Made by a program: the position numbers and the translations under genes
Notes under the pieces: model-generated
The model's database searches: none
The model's input: only the letters and a program-made list of their open reading frames with translations
Told to the model about the DNA's origin: nothing
Shown here: in pieces, positions 24,045 to 36,200 of the stretch
How the letters are laid out: each line of letters opens with the position of its first letter
Position numbering within the stretch: position 1 is the stretch's first letter
Assembly (NCBI GenBank): GCA_025201805.1
Contig: MU619312.1
Location: 62,001-126,000, forward strand
Length of the DNA: 64,000 nucleotides
Source: Parasitella parasitica NRRL 2501
Taxonomy: Eukaryota > Fungi > Mucoromycota
Direction: 5' to 3'

Positions 24045-26342
24045 AACAGCCAAATTTTTTTTAGTGAACAACCTGTTTGCAACCGTATACCATTATATGC
24101 AAAATAGAACAATGTACAGATATACTTATAAAGTGTTACACTTTGTATTAGTAGGTTTTAGAAATATTTACGTAAAAGTGTCAATTAAATAGATTTTTTT
24201 CTAATCGAATTTAAGCAAACAAGAAGCGCAAATATTGATTTTGGTTTTGCTGCGTGCTGCTAACTACTACTACTGCTGCTGCTACTTCATACATATGCAT
24301 CATATTTAGCTGGTAGTTAGATACACATTGCTTCCCGGAAAGGGTTCAGTAAAACAAGAGATCGAATTAATAATGAAATATAAAATAAAAATCAAAGACA
24401 TGATAAAACAAGTTAGGGTTTTTAAGTAGCAAATTGTAGCATCAATATTTGTTCCGAAGCAAAATAATGCTGAATCTATTAAAAACTGTCGTTTAGCTGG
24501 CCATACTGTAATACGAACAGCTCCAAAACTCTTCTATACAGTTTCTCATTAAAAGACATCGCAAACTCGCGTACAGTTTCCATGATGTATCTGAAATAGG
24601 AAAGAGACCAAATATTTTGCATTTCGGTTTGGTCAGTAATTGATATCATTTAAATTTTATAGACCTATACCAACGAGGAGAGCCACAAGAGAGGCAGGAA
24701 AAGCGTCGAACTTCTAGTCGTCAAAGGGCGTAGCTCAAACTGATTGTCTGGACACAAGCTAGATCATGATGCGCTTGTCCCGAAACTCGTAGGGAAATTT
24801 GTAACTCGACCAGCAACAAGCTATCACTGTATGATACTGATACGCCAATGACTTGTACCTTGCCCTTAGAAGATTCGGAAATGTAACATGAAGAATAACT
24901 CATTTTAAACAAGTTTGATCTTAAAATTAAGGTTTATGAGATCTTCGCGATGAGATGTACCCAAAGCTTTTGCTTTCCCTAAAGTTTCATATTCTATGCT
25001 CATCAAACCTATCGTTTATTTATTTAATGACCTGGATGGTACAAAAAATTGTCTCAAGAAGGATGCTCTATCGATGGATTAGATAAATCAACATACATTT
25101 TGTTGGACGTTTGTACAGAAAACAGCAGGTGAACATCACAAGACTTGTCAATTACAATATGCACATACTCCAGAATTAAGGGACGACAATATTTGGCAGG
25201 ATATGAGTTGTTGCTGGTGTGATCAATATGCAATGAATTTCGATTTTCAATATACTACAGCATTTGAGTGCAGGTAATTTTTTGTATATGTGTGCTTGCA
25301 ATTTTTGATTTAAAGCATTGCAAGATTTTTTTGTATTGTATTTAAAATCCTAGCATTAGCTACAAATAGAATTACTATTACTAAAAATATTTTTGAAACA
25401 GTAATGCCTGATTATATGTACCTTAATCAACTAGCATCATACACATATATTTAGCCCCTCTTCCCATACCTTTTATTGAGCGTATATTTGTTCAATTGGT
25501 TCAATTTGATAATTTGCTTTTTATTTTTCTATACACGTTGGGGTTGTTGTTGTTTGCAATAGGTTGGATTCTCTCTAGGATATTGTTTTTAGAGTTCTGA
25601 AATACCCAAAGCGTTCCGATGGATGCGCACAAACATCTCAATGTAACAATCCAACATCTTTATACAACATTTACAGATATTGATCTAGATGGAATCCAGG
25701 GAAATTTGGATTCTATTGTAAAATATGGGCTGATTCTTTACTATTCTAGAATATTGAGTAAAAATAGTTTTGTTAGGAAACTAAAATGCCTGTGTGTACC
25801 TGTTTTTTAACTGTATTGGGAAATGCCTGTATACATGACATGACATGACATGCTTGAGTGATAAACTGACCACTGCAATCTATTTTAACGATAATTTAGT
25901 AAATAACTGTCTGGACATGTGCAACATGAACGGATAACCCGAATCTAATGTATCACATAAACAGAAAACATGCCATATCCTCATGGAATTTGTACAACAT
26001 TTACAAACAACTTTTTATCAAGACGCACAAACTTTATTGCATGCTCGGAAAATGTGATACTTGAACCTTGTAAACTATACGTTTCTGTGTGATTGTGTGT
26101 TTCTTTGTAGTTGATTACATTAATATATTATATCTTAGAGATTCAGTAGTTTGTGTATTTGAGACTTTGGTATACAGTATTCACATATAATAGTAAAAGA
26201 TAGGGTTGGGTTTAGAAAAACAATAATGTATAGTGAGGGTATAATAGTAGTATATATAGACTTGTTATCAGAGGAAGTAAAGGGGTGGGAGTTTGCGGTC
26301 AACGCTTATTTACATAAAAAGTTGAATTTGTCTGTCTGTGAA

Positions 26343-26366
26343 GTGTGTGTGCGTGTGTATGTGTGT

Positions 26367-26398
<32 letters not shown>
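26343..26398. repeat. (GT)n microsatellite
   Basis: About 28 GT units with few interruptions, downstream of the bHLH stop codon. Confidence 0.9.
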
Positions 26399-26547
26399 AC
26401 ATAGATAATAATGAATGTATAATGTTGAAAGATGGAGAGAGATATAAGGAATGTAGTTGTTATAGATTGCTACTTCAAACATATCATAAATTGAGAGAAA
26501 ATAAAATAATTGCCATAGTTAGCTTGTTATTGCATAGTTGGGTTGTA

Positions 26548-27587
26548 TCACAAAAGCAAGGCCGGAGATCTTCCGCTCATGAATGATGCATCACCAGTTT
26601 TTTCAAATGTATTTGGTTGCTGTTGATCAGTAAACGAGTACATATGATAAGAGGAGACAGATGTTACAGAAGAGCGGCTGCTAAAGTTGTCATCGCAATC
26701 AGGCGTGTTGGATTCGTCATAGCCTTGGTCTTCGTCAACTTCTTCAATGGCACCGTCTCCATAGTGATCGCTTGTCATTTTGTAAATCAAGTTTTCGTTT
26801 GCTTGGCGAAGCTGATCAATCTCTGATTGAAACCGTTCTTCTTTTTGAACTGTTTGTTTGACTGAAAAAAATCAATTAGAATATATCGCTATGAAATACA
26901 ATTGCACTACTTACCATATTCAAGAGTACGCTCAATAATTGTGCCTTTGGAAGGTCTGCGATCATTTTGCAAGTTGGGCAGCGAATGGGCAAGTTGTTGA
27001 AATTTAGTGTTCAAACATTCACGACGTGCACGCTCAATAGCATTGTGCTCAGCCCTTTTCTGGGCTTTATCGCCACCAGCATTACTGTTGATGCCGTCTT
27101 GTTGATTTGCGAAATGGCTATATAAATTTATATATTTTGTTAAGCTTTTGTAATTATAATACAAATATATATAAATTGCATTACCTCATAGGGTGGGAAG
27201 GAGGAGAAGCAGATGAAGAAGGTGAGTAGTGACCCATGTGAGGTGTCATGAATTCATTCATATTTTCGTTGGCTAAAAGTAACTGATCCAGTTGAGATTG
27301 TGGATTCTGTTGCATTTCTTGTTGATAATACATCACTAGAATATAGTTAAGTAAATGTAAATCATTTCAACTACACACAACTTACTTTCCAATGCTCTTT
27401 GCTGCTCAAATGCAGCTTGTTGTTGCACTTGACGAATACGTTCGAGCTCAAGCTGTTGCAGTGTCATGTATTGCTGAACCTGATAGCGCTGCTGTTGCTG
27501 AGGTTGGTGCTGAGGTTGTTGAGAATAAAATGCTGGATCAACCATGTCGAATGGTTGATTGTATTGTGCTTGCTGGGTAGAACTCAT
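26548..27587 (-). CDS. bHLH-zip transcription factor (Max/Mlx-like basic region), 4 exons
   Basis: KRAEHNAIERARRECLNTKFQQLAHSLPNL...PSKGTIIERTLEY|VKQT, followed by a zipper; Q-rich N-terminus. Confidence 0.88.
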
Positions 27588-28904
27588 ATCTGGAGATGAA
27601 TGGAAAAAAAAAAGATTGTAATTAGATTTTTTGAGTTTTTATTGATTAGAGAGAAAGAAAAGAGGAAAAAGTGCTCCAAAAGTTGGTATTTTTAAAGTTT
27701 TTCTTTTTTTTGTTTACTAACCAAGCAAGGGGTAAGCTCAAGGTGAATCTCAAAGGCAGAAGAGCAGCATTTACTGATAAAAACAATAACAACAAGTAGG
27801 CAGCTCACACTGATTTTACGTCTCCGTCTTTTTGTTTTTCTTTTCTTATCCTTCGTACTTTTTTTTTTTTTTTTTTTTTAGGTGCACAGATGTTATACAT
27901 TTACATGAATGTATGAAGAAAAGATGTATGCAATCAAATACATTTGCATTTCTCGCTATTCTTTCCTTCATATAATTATCCCTTTACTTTACCGGATTCC
28001 GGTTTAACTGATTCAAGAACTCCCGCATCCTCTCGTCAAAAGAGTTACACGACTTGTCAATATTAATACCTTGTGTAAATTGTTTTGGGATCATTGGACG
28101 ACACCACATAATGATTTGAGAAGAAGTGAGGCAAAGATAAAGTGATTCGGACCTAATTTTAGTTTATTGGCTCTAACCGTGCTTTCGCTATATTTGTTCA
28201 CATCTCTTCTTGGTCGTTTTAGCCCTAATTTGTTCTCAAATGTTTGTAGAAAAAGGCTAATTACTACAATCAAGTCATGGGGATCTGTTTCATCGTATCT
28301 CGCCCTCCCTTTGCCTGACAGCATACTTTTTGCTTCCCCTCACATCTGCTCAAACTACACAAGATAGTGGATATTTTAAACCATTGTCGTACAATCTGAC
28401 GGTGCACGAGCCTTCAGAAACGAGTCTTGTCAATTTTTAAGTTTCCTGCTGATAGTAAACTATTGCTCTTTTTATAATTGTGGACTGCATCGCTTTGTAT
28501 ATAGCAACAGTGTGTGAGTGTATAGATCTAATTGGTTGCATGCAAAATTGTGTATTAACAAATACGCAACAACAAATAACAGGATTAGAGAAGTATATGG
28601 AAAAAAAAACTTGATCAGTTGTGTAACATGTACCCGAATCCGTTACTACACGGAATACTTGCCCGATGGGAAATATGAAGGAATTGTTTTATAAATTTTT
28701 ATTTGAGTGTTATTTACATTATTTCTCAAGGAAATCCTTGTAGATACTGATTGATGAGAGGAAAAATGATTTGATTGGATATTTACAATAGTAATGGTCA
28801 ACATTATCATATAAGAAAAGAAAGGGAAGAGGGTATTTGGATACAAACAAATATCATAACAGATTTGCTTTTTTTTTTTAGGGCTGGATGACGAAGTGCA
28901 TTTT

Positions 28905-29947
28905 TCAAACCTTGGATTTAGTTGCAACGCCTTTGTTGTTTCTGTGGATACGAATATGTTGACTCAAATTGTCAGTTCTTGCAAAAGATTTACCACATTC
29001 TTTATAAGGGCAACAATAAGCTATGAAGATGCATGGAATTAATATACTAGCAAAAAAAAAAAGAATTTTTGTATACACTTACGTTTTTCTTTAGTATGGA
29101 TTGACTTAACGTGTCTCTTCAAGTGCTCTGATCGTTTAAACAATTTGCCACATTCGTGGTGCTCACACAAAAACTGCTTTACATCCGGCTCAGTAGAAGT
29201 CTTGTACTTTTTGCGATCATTAGAAGTGACACCAGATACATCATTGCGCTTAGCACGTGTTGATTTCTTGACTTTGGCTTTACCACCACCACAGGCAAAA
29301 GTTTTCTTTTTCTTGTCGTTAGCCTCATTAGTAGTCTGTTTATCTTGGTAATCATCATCATCATTTGCTGATAAACTTGTTTGTGACACAAATGGTGATG
29401 AAGGTGTTACGCAGTAAGCATCTGATTGCTGTTGCTGAGTAGGCACAAAATCTAATAAGTCATAAATTGATAAATCGTGCAATTGAGATGAGCTAGATGA
29501 GGAAGATAGCGATGGAGTCATTAACTGAGATGATACAATGCTGGGTGTTGGCAAAGCATCAAACATCATAAATTGATTATGTTGGTGTTGTAATGGTGGT
29601 TGTACGAATTGGTTGTGGGGGACGGATTGCCAATCCACAGAGTGTCGATGAGCTTGTTGATCCATGTAATAACCGTTGCTATGGATACAGGGGCAGCAAC
29701 CTTTGTGGTGGTTGCTATGCAACTCACTGTTCATAGTTAATGGTGAAGGAACTTGTTTATGATGATAATAGTCCAAACTAGAGCCAACAGGTGAAGTTTC
29801 AAGAGAAGAATCACTTGTATAAGAGAGATAGTCGCCATAACTCATTCTACGAGAAGGAGAAGCCATGTGAGGTTCACTATTGTTTCTGAAACGATGATAC
29901 ATGATGGGACTTGAAGGTTGGGGTTGATTTAAATAGTTGGAGTACAT
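28905..29947 (-). CDS. Msn2/Seb1-like C2H2 transcription factor; one intron between the two fingers
   Basis: CGKLFKRSEHLKRHVKSIHTKEK|PYCCPYKECGKSFARTDNLSQHIRIH; stop TGA at 28907-28905. Confidence 0.88.
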
Positions 29948-30278
29948 TTTAGAAAAGAATGTGAGAGATGTGATTAAAAAGAATGGAATACAAGAGAAAA
30001 AAAGGATGTTGCATTAATTTTGGATTCTAATGCCCTTTTTATACTATTTTTCTGATCGTATGGTTCAGATCAAAAAAAGATTTCCTTTTAATTTCATGCT
30101 TCTTCCAATGGGCTGTATGAACAGTATATAAAAAAAAAAAGATTTTCATTACACATTCTGTGCTTCCATCTCTCTCTTCCAATTAAAGCTCGGGCAAGGT
30201 TCCGAGTGAACTTCTCTGAGGATGTAGTGCAGTGATATTCATTATTCTACTGTACATCCTATCCTCATGATCACTTTT

Positions 30279-30280
<2 letters not shown>

Positions 30281-30368
<88 letters not shown>
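30281..30368. repeat. Poly(T) tract of about 88 nt
   Basis: Uninterrupted T run. Confidence 0.9.
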
Positions 30369-30370
<2 letters not shown>

Positions 30371-30744
30371 TATTATATGATCTGCATTTGACACTCGACC
30401 TTAAATAGGGGATGTTTAGTAGCATTTTAGCTTGGTATTCTTTGTTCGTAAGTCGATATAGAAAGGCAAGGGCACAAGTGATGTTATAATACTATAAAAA
30501 CCACCTTGATCGTTACACTTTTTTAATGTTTTCTATCATAATGACTCTCAGGCCACCTCGTGTGCTCCACACATTTGAGTTATGCTTCTTTGCCTTTTTT
30601 TTTTTTGAAGCACGAATAGTAAATGTGGGCCAATCAATTACTACACTTGGCAGAGGTAAATAAAGGAGTAATAGCGAACAAATAAAAACGTGCTCAGACT
30701 GTATACTATACTAATGATTTGATCCGAATAATGCATAATTTATT

Positions 30745-33169
30745 TTAAACATACTGTTGTTGTTGTTGTTGTTGTTGTTGATGATGTTGATGTTGATGAT
30801 TTCCGTCCAATAAGCCAGATTCTTCCTCAGCATCTAATGCATCTACGGATTCTGGGTCAACATTGTTACTTGGAGCCTTGAATAAAGCAATCAAGAAGCC
30901 CAATATAAACGATATCAAGAATAACCATTGAGAATAATAGAAGATGAGGCCAAACATGGGAGTATTCAGAGTGATGCGGTCGATCAAAGTCGAAGAGACG
31001 GTTGGTGTACAAATTTCTAAAGTGCACACAATCAATATCTAGAGTTTACCCGTCATTAGCAAAAAGACTATGCTTACCAGCAGGCCCATAAATATCACAA
31101 GGGACAATTTTATCTACTTTGTAAGTACAATCTCTTCTTCCACCATCAGTATGGTTACACTGCAGTCAGATAAGTGAATTAGTTTAGCTGTTAGATGTGC
31201 ATAAAATTTTAATTATCATCTACATGACATACATATACTTGACTTCCAAAATGTGCATATCCTGGTGCTACGACTGATGTTATCGAGTAGTTTACTGCCA
31301 ATAAACCAAGTGTGAGAAGCGTAGCAGTGAATAGCAATCCTTGCGGCGCGGTAGATCCTCTTTTGATACGATATAACGTGACCCATAAGAATCTTACTCC
31401 AATTTGGACTACGCCTGCCATGGTAGCCAAAAAAAAGTACAAGATGATGGCTACCATGAAGATATAGTCCAAAGGAAATAGCTACAAACATAGATGTTAT
31501 TGTGATAGTTGTATGCATAGTGTTTGTATCTACGGACCTTCTGTAGATGCACAAATATAAAGTTGATGGGATTAAATAACTTCGGATGGCTGATGATGTA
31601 GCCACACTTCCTGCCACAAACAGACCATATCACTTTATCAATTCTATCGTATCGAGTTACAAGATGCTTTCAGAACGAAACCCTTCTTTGCTTACATTGT
31701 CATAAACATACTTATCGCCATCACCAAGGCAAACACTAGTAGGATCAACCCGATTAACACCTAACAATAAACAAAACAAGTATGCGTTACACGGCAAGTC
31801 AATAATAAACAAATAACTCCTTATTTTACTTGCCTGAAATGGTCTAAGCACTTTTAATACTTTTTGAAGGAAATTTGCTCTGTCTTGTTGGATGCCATTC
31901 AAACGACGTACAAGGATTCTTGGTTGTTTTTGTATTAGAGAGAAAGTTTAAATGTATTAATAGCAATTCCTACCGTTCTTGATCGTTCAAATTCTCCAAT
32001 GTACGATAATCATGTGCTGACAATGCTTGATCTGATCCAGCATACTTGTGTTCAATCAATCTTTGCTGTTCCCGGACCAAAACTAGCCGCTGGTTGATCT
32101 CATCATTTTCTGCATCGATTCTACGCTTGCCTTTAATTAAATTAAATGGTATAATAGATAATCCGGGTGCCTAGGCAGTCAAAAAATAAAATAAAAAAAA
32201 AAAGATTCCATTCACATGTATGCAATGAGTTTGGATGATGTGAAATGAGAAGACATTTATGCACAGGTAGAATATACTCACAGTGTAGACAATGAAAATA
32301 GCCATGCCGGGTAAAAACAAACAGCCGACAACAAACCAAATTGCCTTTGCTCCATCTATAATAGGAAATCAATCATGCTGCCTTTGCATATTAACGTACA
32401 TATATCCCACAAATAAGCAAAACTTACGGCTTTCTGTTAGTAAATTTTTGAACCAATCCAAATCAATGTGGGGTGGCAGAACGTTTGGTTTAAGAAATAG
32501 ACCAAATAAAAAGAGAACTCCCATAATAGCAACAGTGAAAAACGTGTATCTCAACGCACTTAACCTTCGTTGACTTTTAGATTGGCCATCTTCTTCGTAT
32601 TCTTCATAGTAAAAGTAAGCGTATGGAATTACAAAGAAGCTGAATGCAATAATTGAGCCGTAAAAAACTATATAAAAAAAAAAGGCAGGTTATCATCACA
32701 AGCATCCAATTCCGAGGCTTAATTCTAATCCTAATCCTAATCCTAGTCCTAATCCTAGTCCCTAGACCTAGACCTCCCCGTCCTCACCTCTCCAAACTGC
32801 ATATTTTGACAGCTTGTTCACTTACCGTAATACATGACTTGCACTGTAAATGTCATCCAGTATATTGTATCCTTGTCTGCCCACAGCTTTTTCAATCCTG
32901 TTTGGGAATCAACCGTGGATGATACTAAAAATATATCAATGGGCAGTAATGCGACTGTTGCAAATATCAATGCAAGCGCAATCATAGTAACAATCGTGGC
33001 TGACAACTCGGAATCTCTTTTACTTTGGTAATAATTTGTGAATACGATACTAAACAAAGATAAACACTGTACATGCAATGTGTTATTATTTTGATTGGCC
33101 ATCATGTGAACTACTTACAGCAGCCGTAATTGCAAATACGGTCCATGCTACTCCTACAACGGCAGGCAT
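30745..33169 (-). CDS. LMBRD1: LMBR1-family lysosomal cobalamin transporter (LMBD1-like), many exons
   Basis: ALLPIDIFLVSS, IPYAYFYYEE, PLDYIF, GVRFLWVTLYRIK..TAPQGLL, APGYAHFGSQVY, CTPTVSSTLIDRI; C-terminal acidic dileucine EEESGLL. Confidence 0.88.
32724..32774. repeat. Degenerate hexamer repeat (CTAATC/CTAGTC/CTAGAC)n inside an LMBD1 intron
   Basis: ctaatc ctaatc ctaatc ctagtc ctaatc ctagtc cctaga cctaga. Confidence 0.8.
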
Positions 33170-33288
33170 TTTTATTGATTATCTGTGATAATTAAATAAA
33201 GGAAAAGACGATAGCGTTTTGCACAATATGTTATATACAACTAAAATGATGTCATGATGATCTTGTTTCAGCGAGAAAAGCGCTCTTC

Positions 33289-36200
33289 TTAATTCGTCGT
33301 TGCAACGAGTGCGTCTTCTTCCAGCAAATCAGTTTGTAAAAGGCTTTCTATAAAGGGAAGATCGGGTTTCGATAGAGTGAATGAAGACTGGTATACGTAT
33401 AGTCCAACATGCTCAATAAAGAATGAGAGTTGACGTATGGATGAAATACTATGCATCGTCAACATGGGACGTTTCAAGGACCCTAATGAAGGCTGCATGC
33501 TAGATTCAGATAGACTGAAATCGAAAGCGTCAACGGTTGTGATTCTGGCCATTTTTTCGTTCAACGATTCCATGATTGGTATAGGCCCTTCAGTTTTTGT
33601 TTTGATCACGGTTTCTACAGTATCTCTTATAAAGATCCATTGGTAACTAGAACAAAAGTGAGTATAAAGTAATGCTTGGCAAGATTGCTGCGAGGCTTAC
33701 ATTTGGAAGGCATCAAGTTCAAGGGTACATAACAAATCCAAGAATTTACATCCAGCAAGTGCAATCTGTGCCTCTTCAGGTCGATTTTGAAAGTCATTAT
33801 ATACAAAGGAATTGAATAAACGCATCAATTCAGTAATCAACAAAGGCCAGAAGTTCATGAGATGCTTTTGTGAGAATCGCATCAAAATAATACGCAAACA
33901 AAGGTAAATTTCCATGTGAACCATTTCGCCATGATCTAATTTAAGCAACTCTACAATTTTCTCTTGGATAATTGGCAGCTGTAGTGCGTATTGATCCTTT
34001 GAACCTGCAAATAATACAAATGACAATCTTCTTAAATTGAGAGATCGATTTATGGTTTCTTGATCTTTGTTGGAGAAGAATGTGTTGGATGGTGAAGTAG
34101 TTATACGTGCCATTAGTTCAGTCATTCTTTCCTTCTCGATGGAGAATGCTGTTTGAATGATGCCCAGCCATTTGTTACATGCTGTGCCGTTCATATGGAA
34201 GAACCGATTGTCGATAAACACTTCCCAGACTTCTTTCCTCCATGTTTTATAGGTAAATGGCATTCGAGCCATCTCGCATAGTTGATCCAATACAACAGAG
34301 CTCTTGACCTTGGATTTCAAAGAAGGCCCGACGACGTAATAAACCATATTATTCAATAAAGAGTTGATTTTGTCGTTGTCTCCAATAAGCTGGCGAAGGC
34401 GAGGTATAACTTGATGAGCAAGGTATTGATTCACTTGGTTAATCATGAGATCCTCTCTCAGTTTCCAGCTTGCTTTTTTTTCCATGTCTGAGACGTTGCT
34501 GATGGATACATTTCTTGTCATGGCGTCGGTTGTGTTGGATGCAACGCTATGATTGCTATGATGAGTAAGTTGATTATGATATGCTTCGGTAGATTCGATC
34601 GTGTAGATAGATGATGTATCATCGCCGTCATCATATATTGTGCTTCTACCACGCATCCAGAGACTCTGATCAAATGACTTTCCGGAAATCAATATGCAGT
34701 AATCAATGCATCTTTGATACAGCTCTTGCGCATCTTTGCGAATGCGTTTGTCCTGTTCGTACCCAGTAGACTTTGACAATTCTTCCAGAGCCACAGTCAA
34801 AAATCGCATCAAGCTCGGCAAGAATATCTTGTAGGTATTGGCTTGAGATAGGTAATCTTTGGAGAATGAATGGATAATGGGCCATAGCAACGCCATTGAC
34901 TCGGGGTTCTTGATGTAACCACAGTAAATTTCGGCAAACCTTAATATAGAAGTATCCGTTCTACGTAGGCATGAGAAGGTCATGTATTATGATGAAATGC
35001 ACACAAACACTTACAATTTGCCTTGTCTCAATATCTTTCTACGTCTATTTTGATGTGTACCAGGTGTTCTTTGTCGGATACTCTCTAAAAGTGTAGATAT
35101 AACGTGCTGAGGTGTACTTGAAGGTGTACTAGACAGTATGTCCAGAGCGATGGTCTTGAAATGCTCTTCTTGCACAGGCGTCTGGTCAAACTCTAATGCT
35201 GACGGATTTTCCATGTAGAAAATTTCGGTCAACCCTTCTACAAAGTCCACAGTGGAGTATTTAAACAATTTCTCAAATATAGTCTCCAACCTTCCTTTTG
35301 TCTGGTCTGCTGCGTAAGAGAAAGTATGCAAGATGGCGTCTACTTTAACATCGCCCATAGAGAGCATGGTTTGTTCATCCCACTCGGGTCTTCTGAAGGC
35401 ATACCATGTGTTTATGAGAATCTGCATCACAATAGGCAAATGAAACATCATGGTGTCTCTTGGCTTTTCGTGTAATTTGGGATGTTCTTCACCATGAACA
35501 ACTTGAGCAAGCCCGACTAATGCAGAGTTTTCAGGAATAAGAGGTATAGGTAGATCCTGGCTTGTATTTGCAAACCACTCATCGTTTAATATGCGTTCCG
35601 TTAAACAAAACATGAGCATCTTTTCAAGACCAATTAAGAGCACCATCGTCTCCCTATCGGCCGATACACAGGACGATGTATTGGGCTTTTCGTGAATAGC
35701 AATTTCAATAGTATCGCATCGTAAACTGATTTGGTGGCAAACACACATCACCACGGGAACAATCAAGTTGCGGAAGCCATGTCTGATGTACGGAAGTGTA
35801 GCCAATACAAAATCCATCCAATGCTGAAGCATGCTACGATTACTTGACATTGAGAGCGCGTCGCTTATACATTTGACATACAAATCTGAAGATGCTTGAA
35901 TAAGTGCAATAGCTTGGTTTGGTGTTTGCTGCTGTTGGGCGCTCTGTATAGAGTTCACGCTGTCCACAGAACCTTTCTTTTGGTGTCCAGTCGTCGATTT
36001 GTCTTTGTGCGTTGTGCTGGCGCAAGTAATTGCTAAGCAGGCGTGTAGCAGATGCAAGAGTTTTTGCTGTAAATCCAAGTGTTGTTGGGTTATACAAAAC
36101 AAGAGCTTATGTAAAACTGCCATTTGCACTTGCTGGACAAGTTCCATGTTGACAAAATCGAGCTTTGAAATGATTAGATACAGTAAATCTGCTGCATGGA

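Noticed and set aside
24300-25810. Possible transposon or gene remnants
   Set aside because: No diagnostic motif found in any frame examined.
30183-30425. Poly-lysine ORF
   Set aside because: Artefact of the poly(T) tract.
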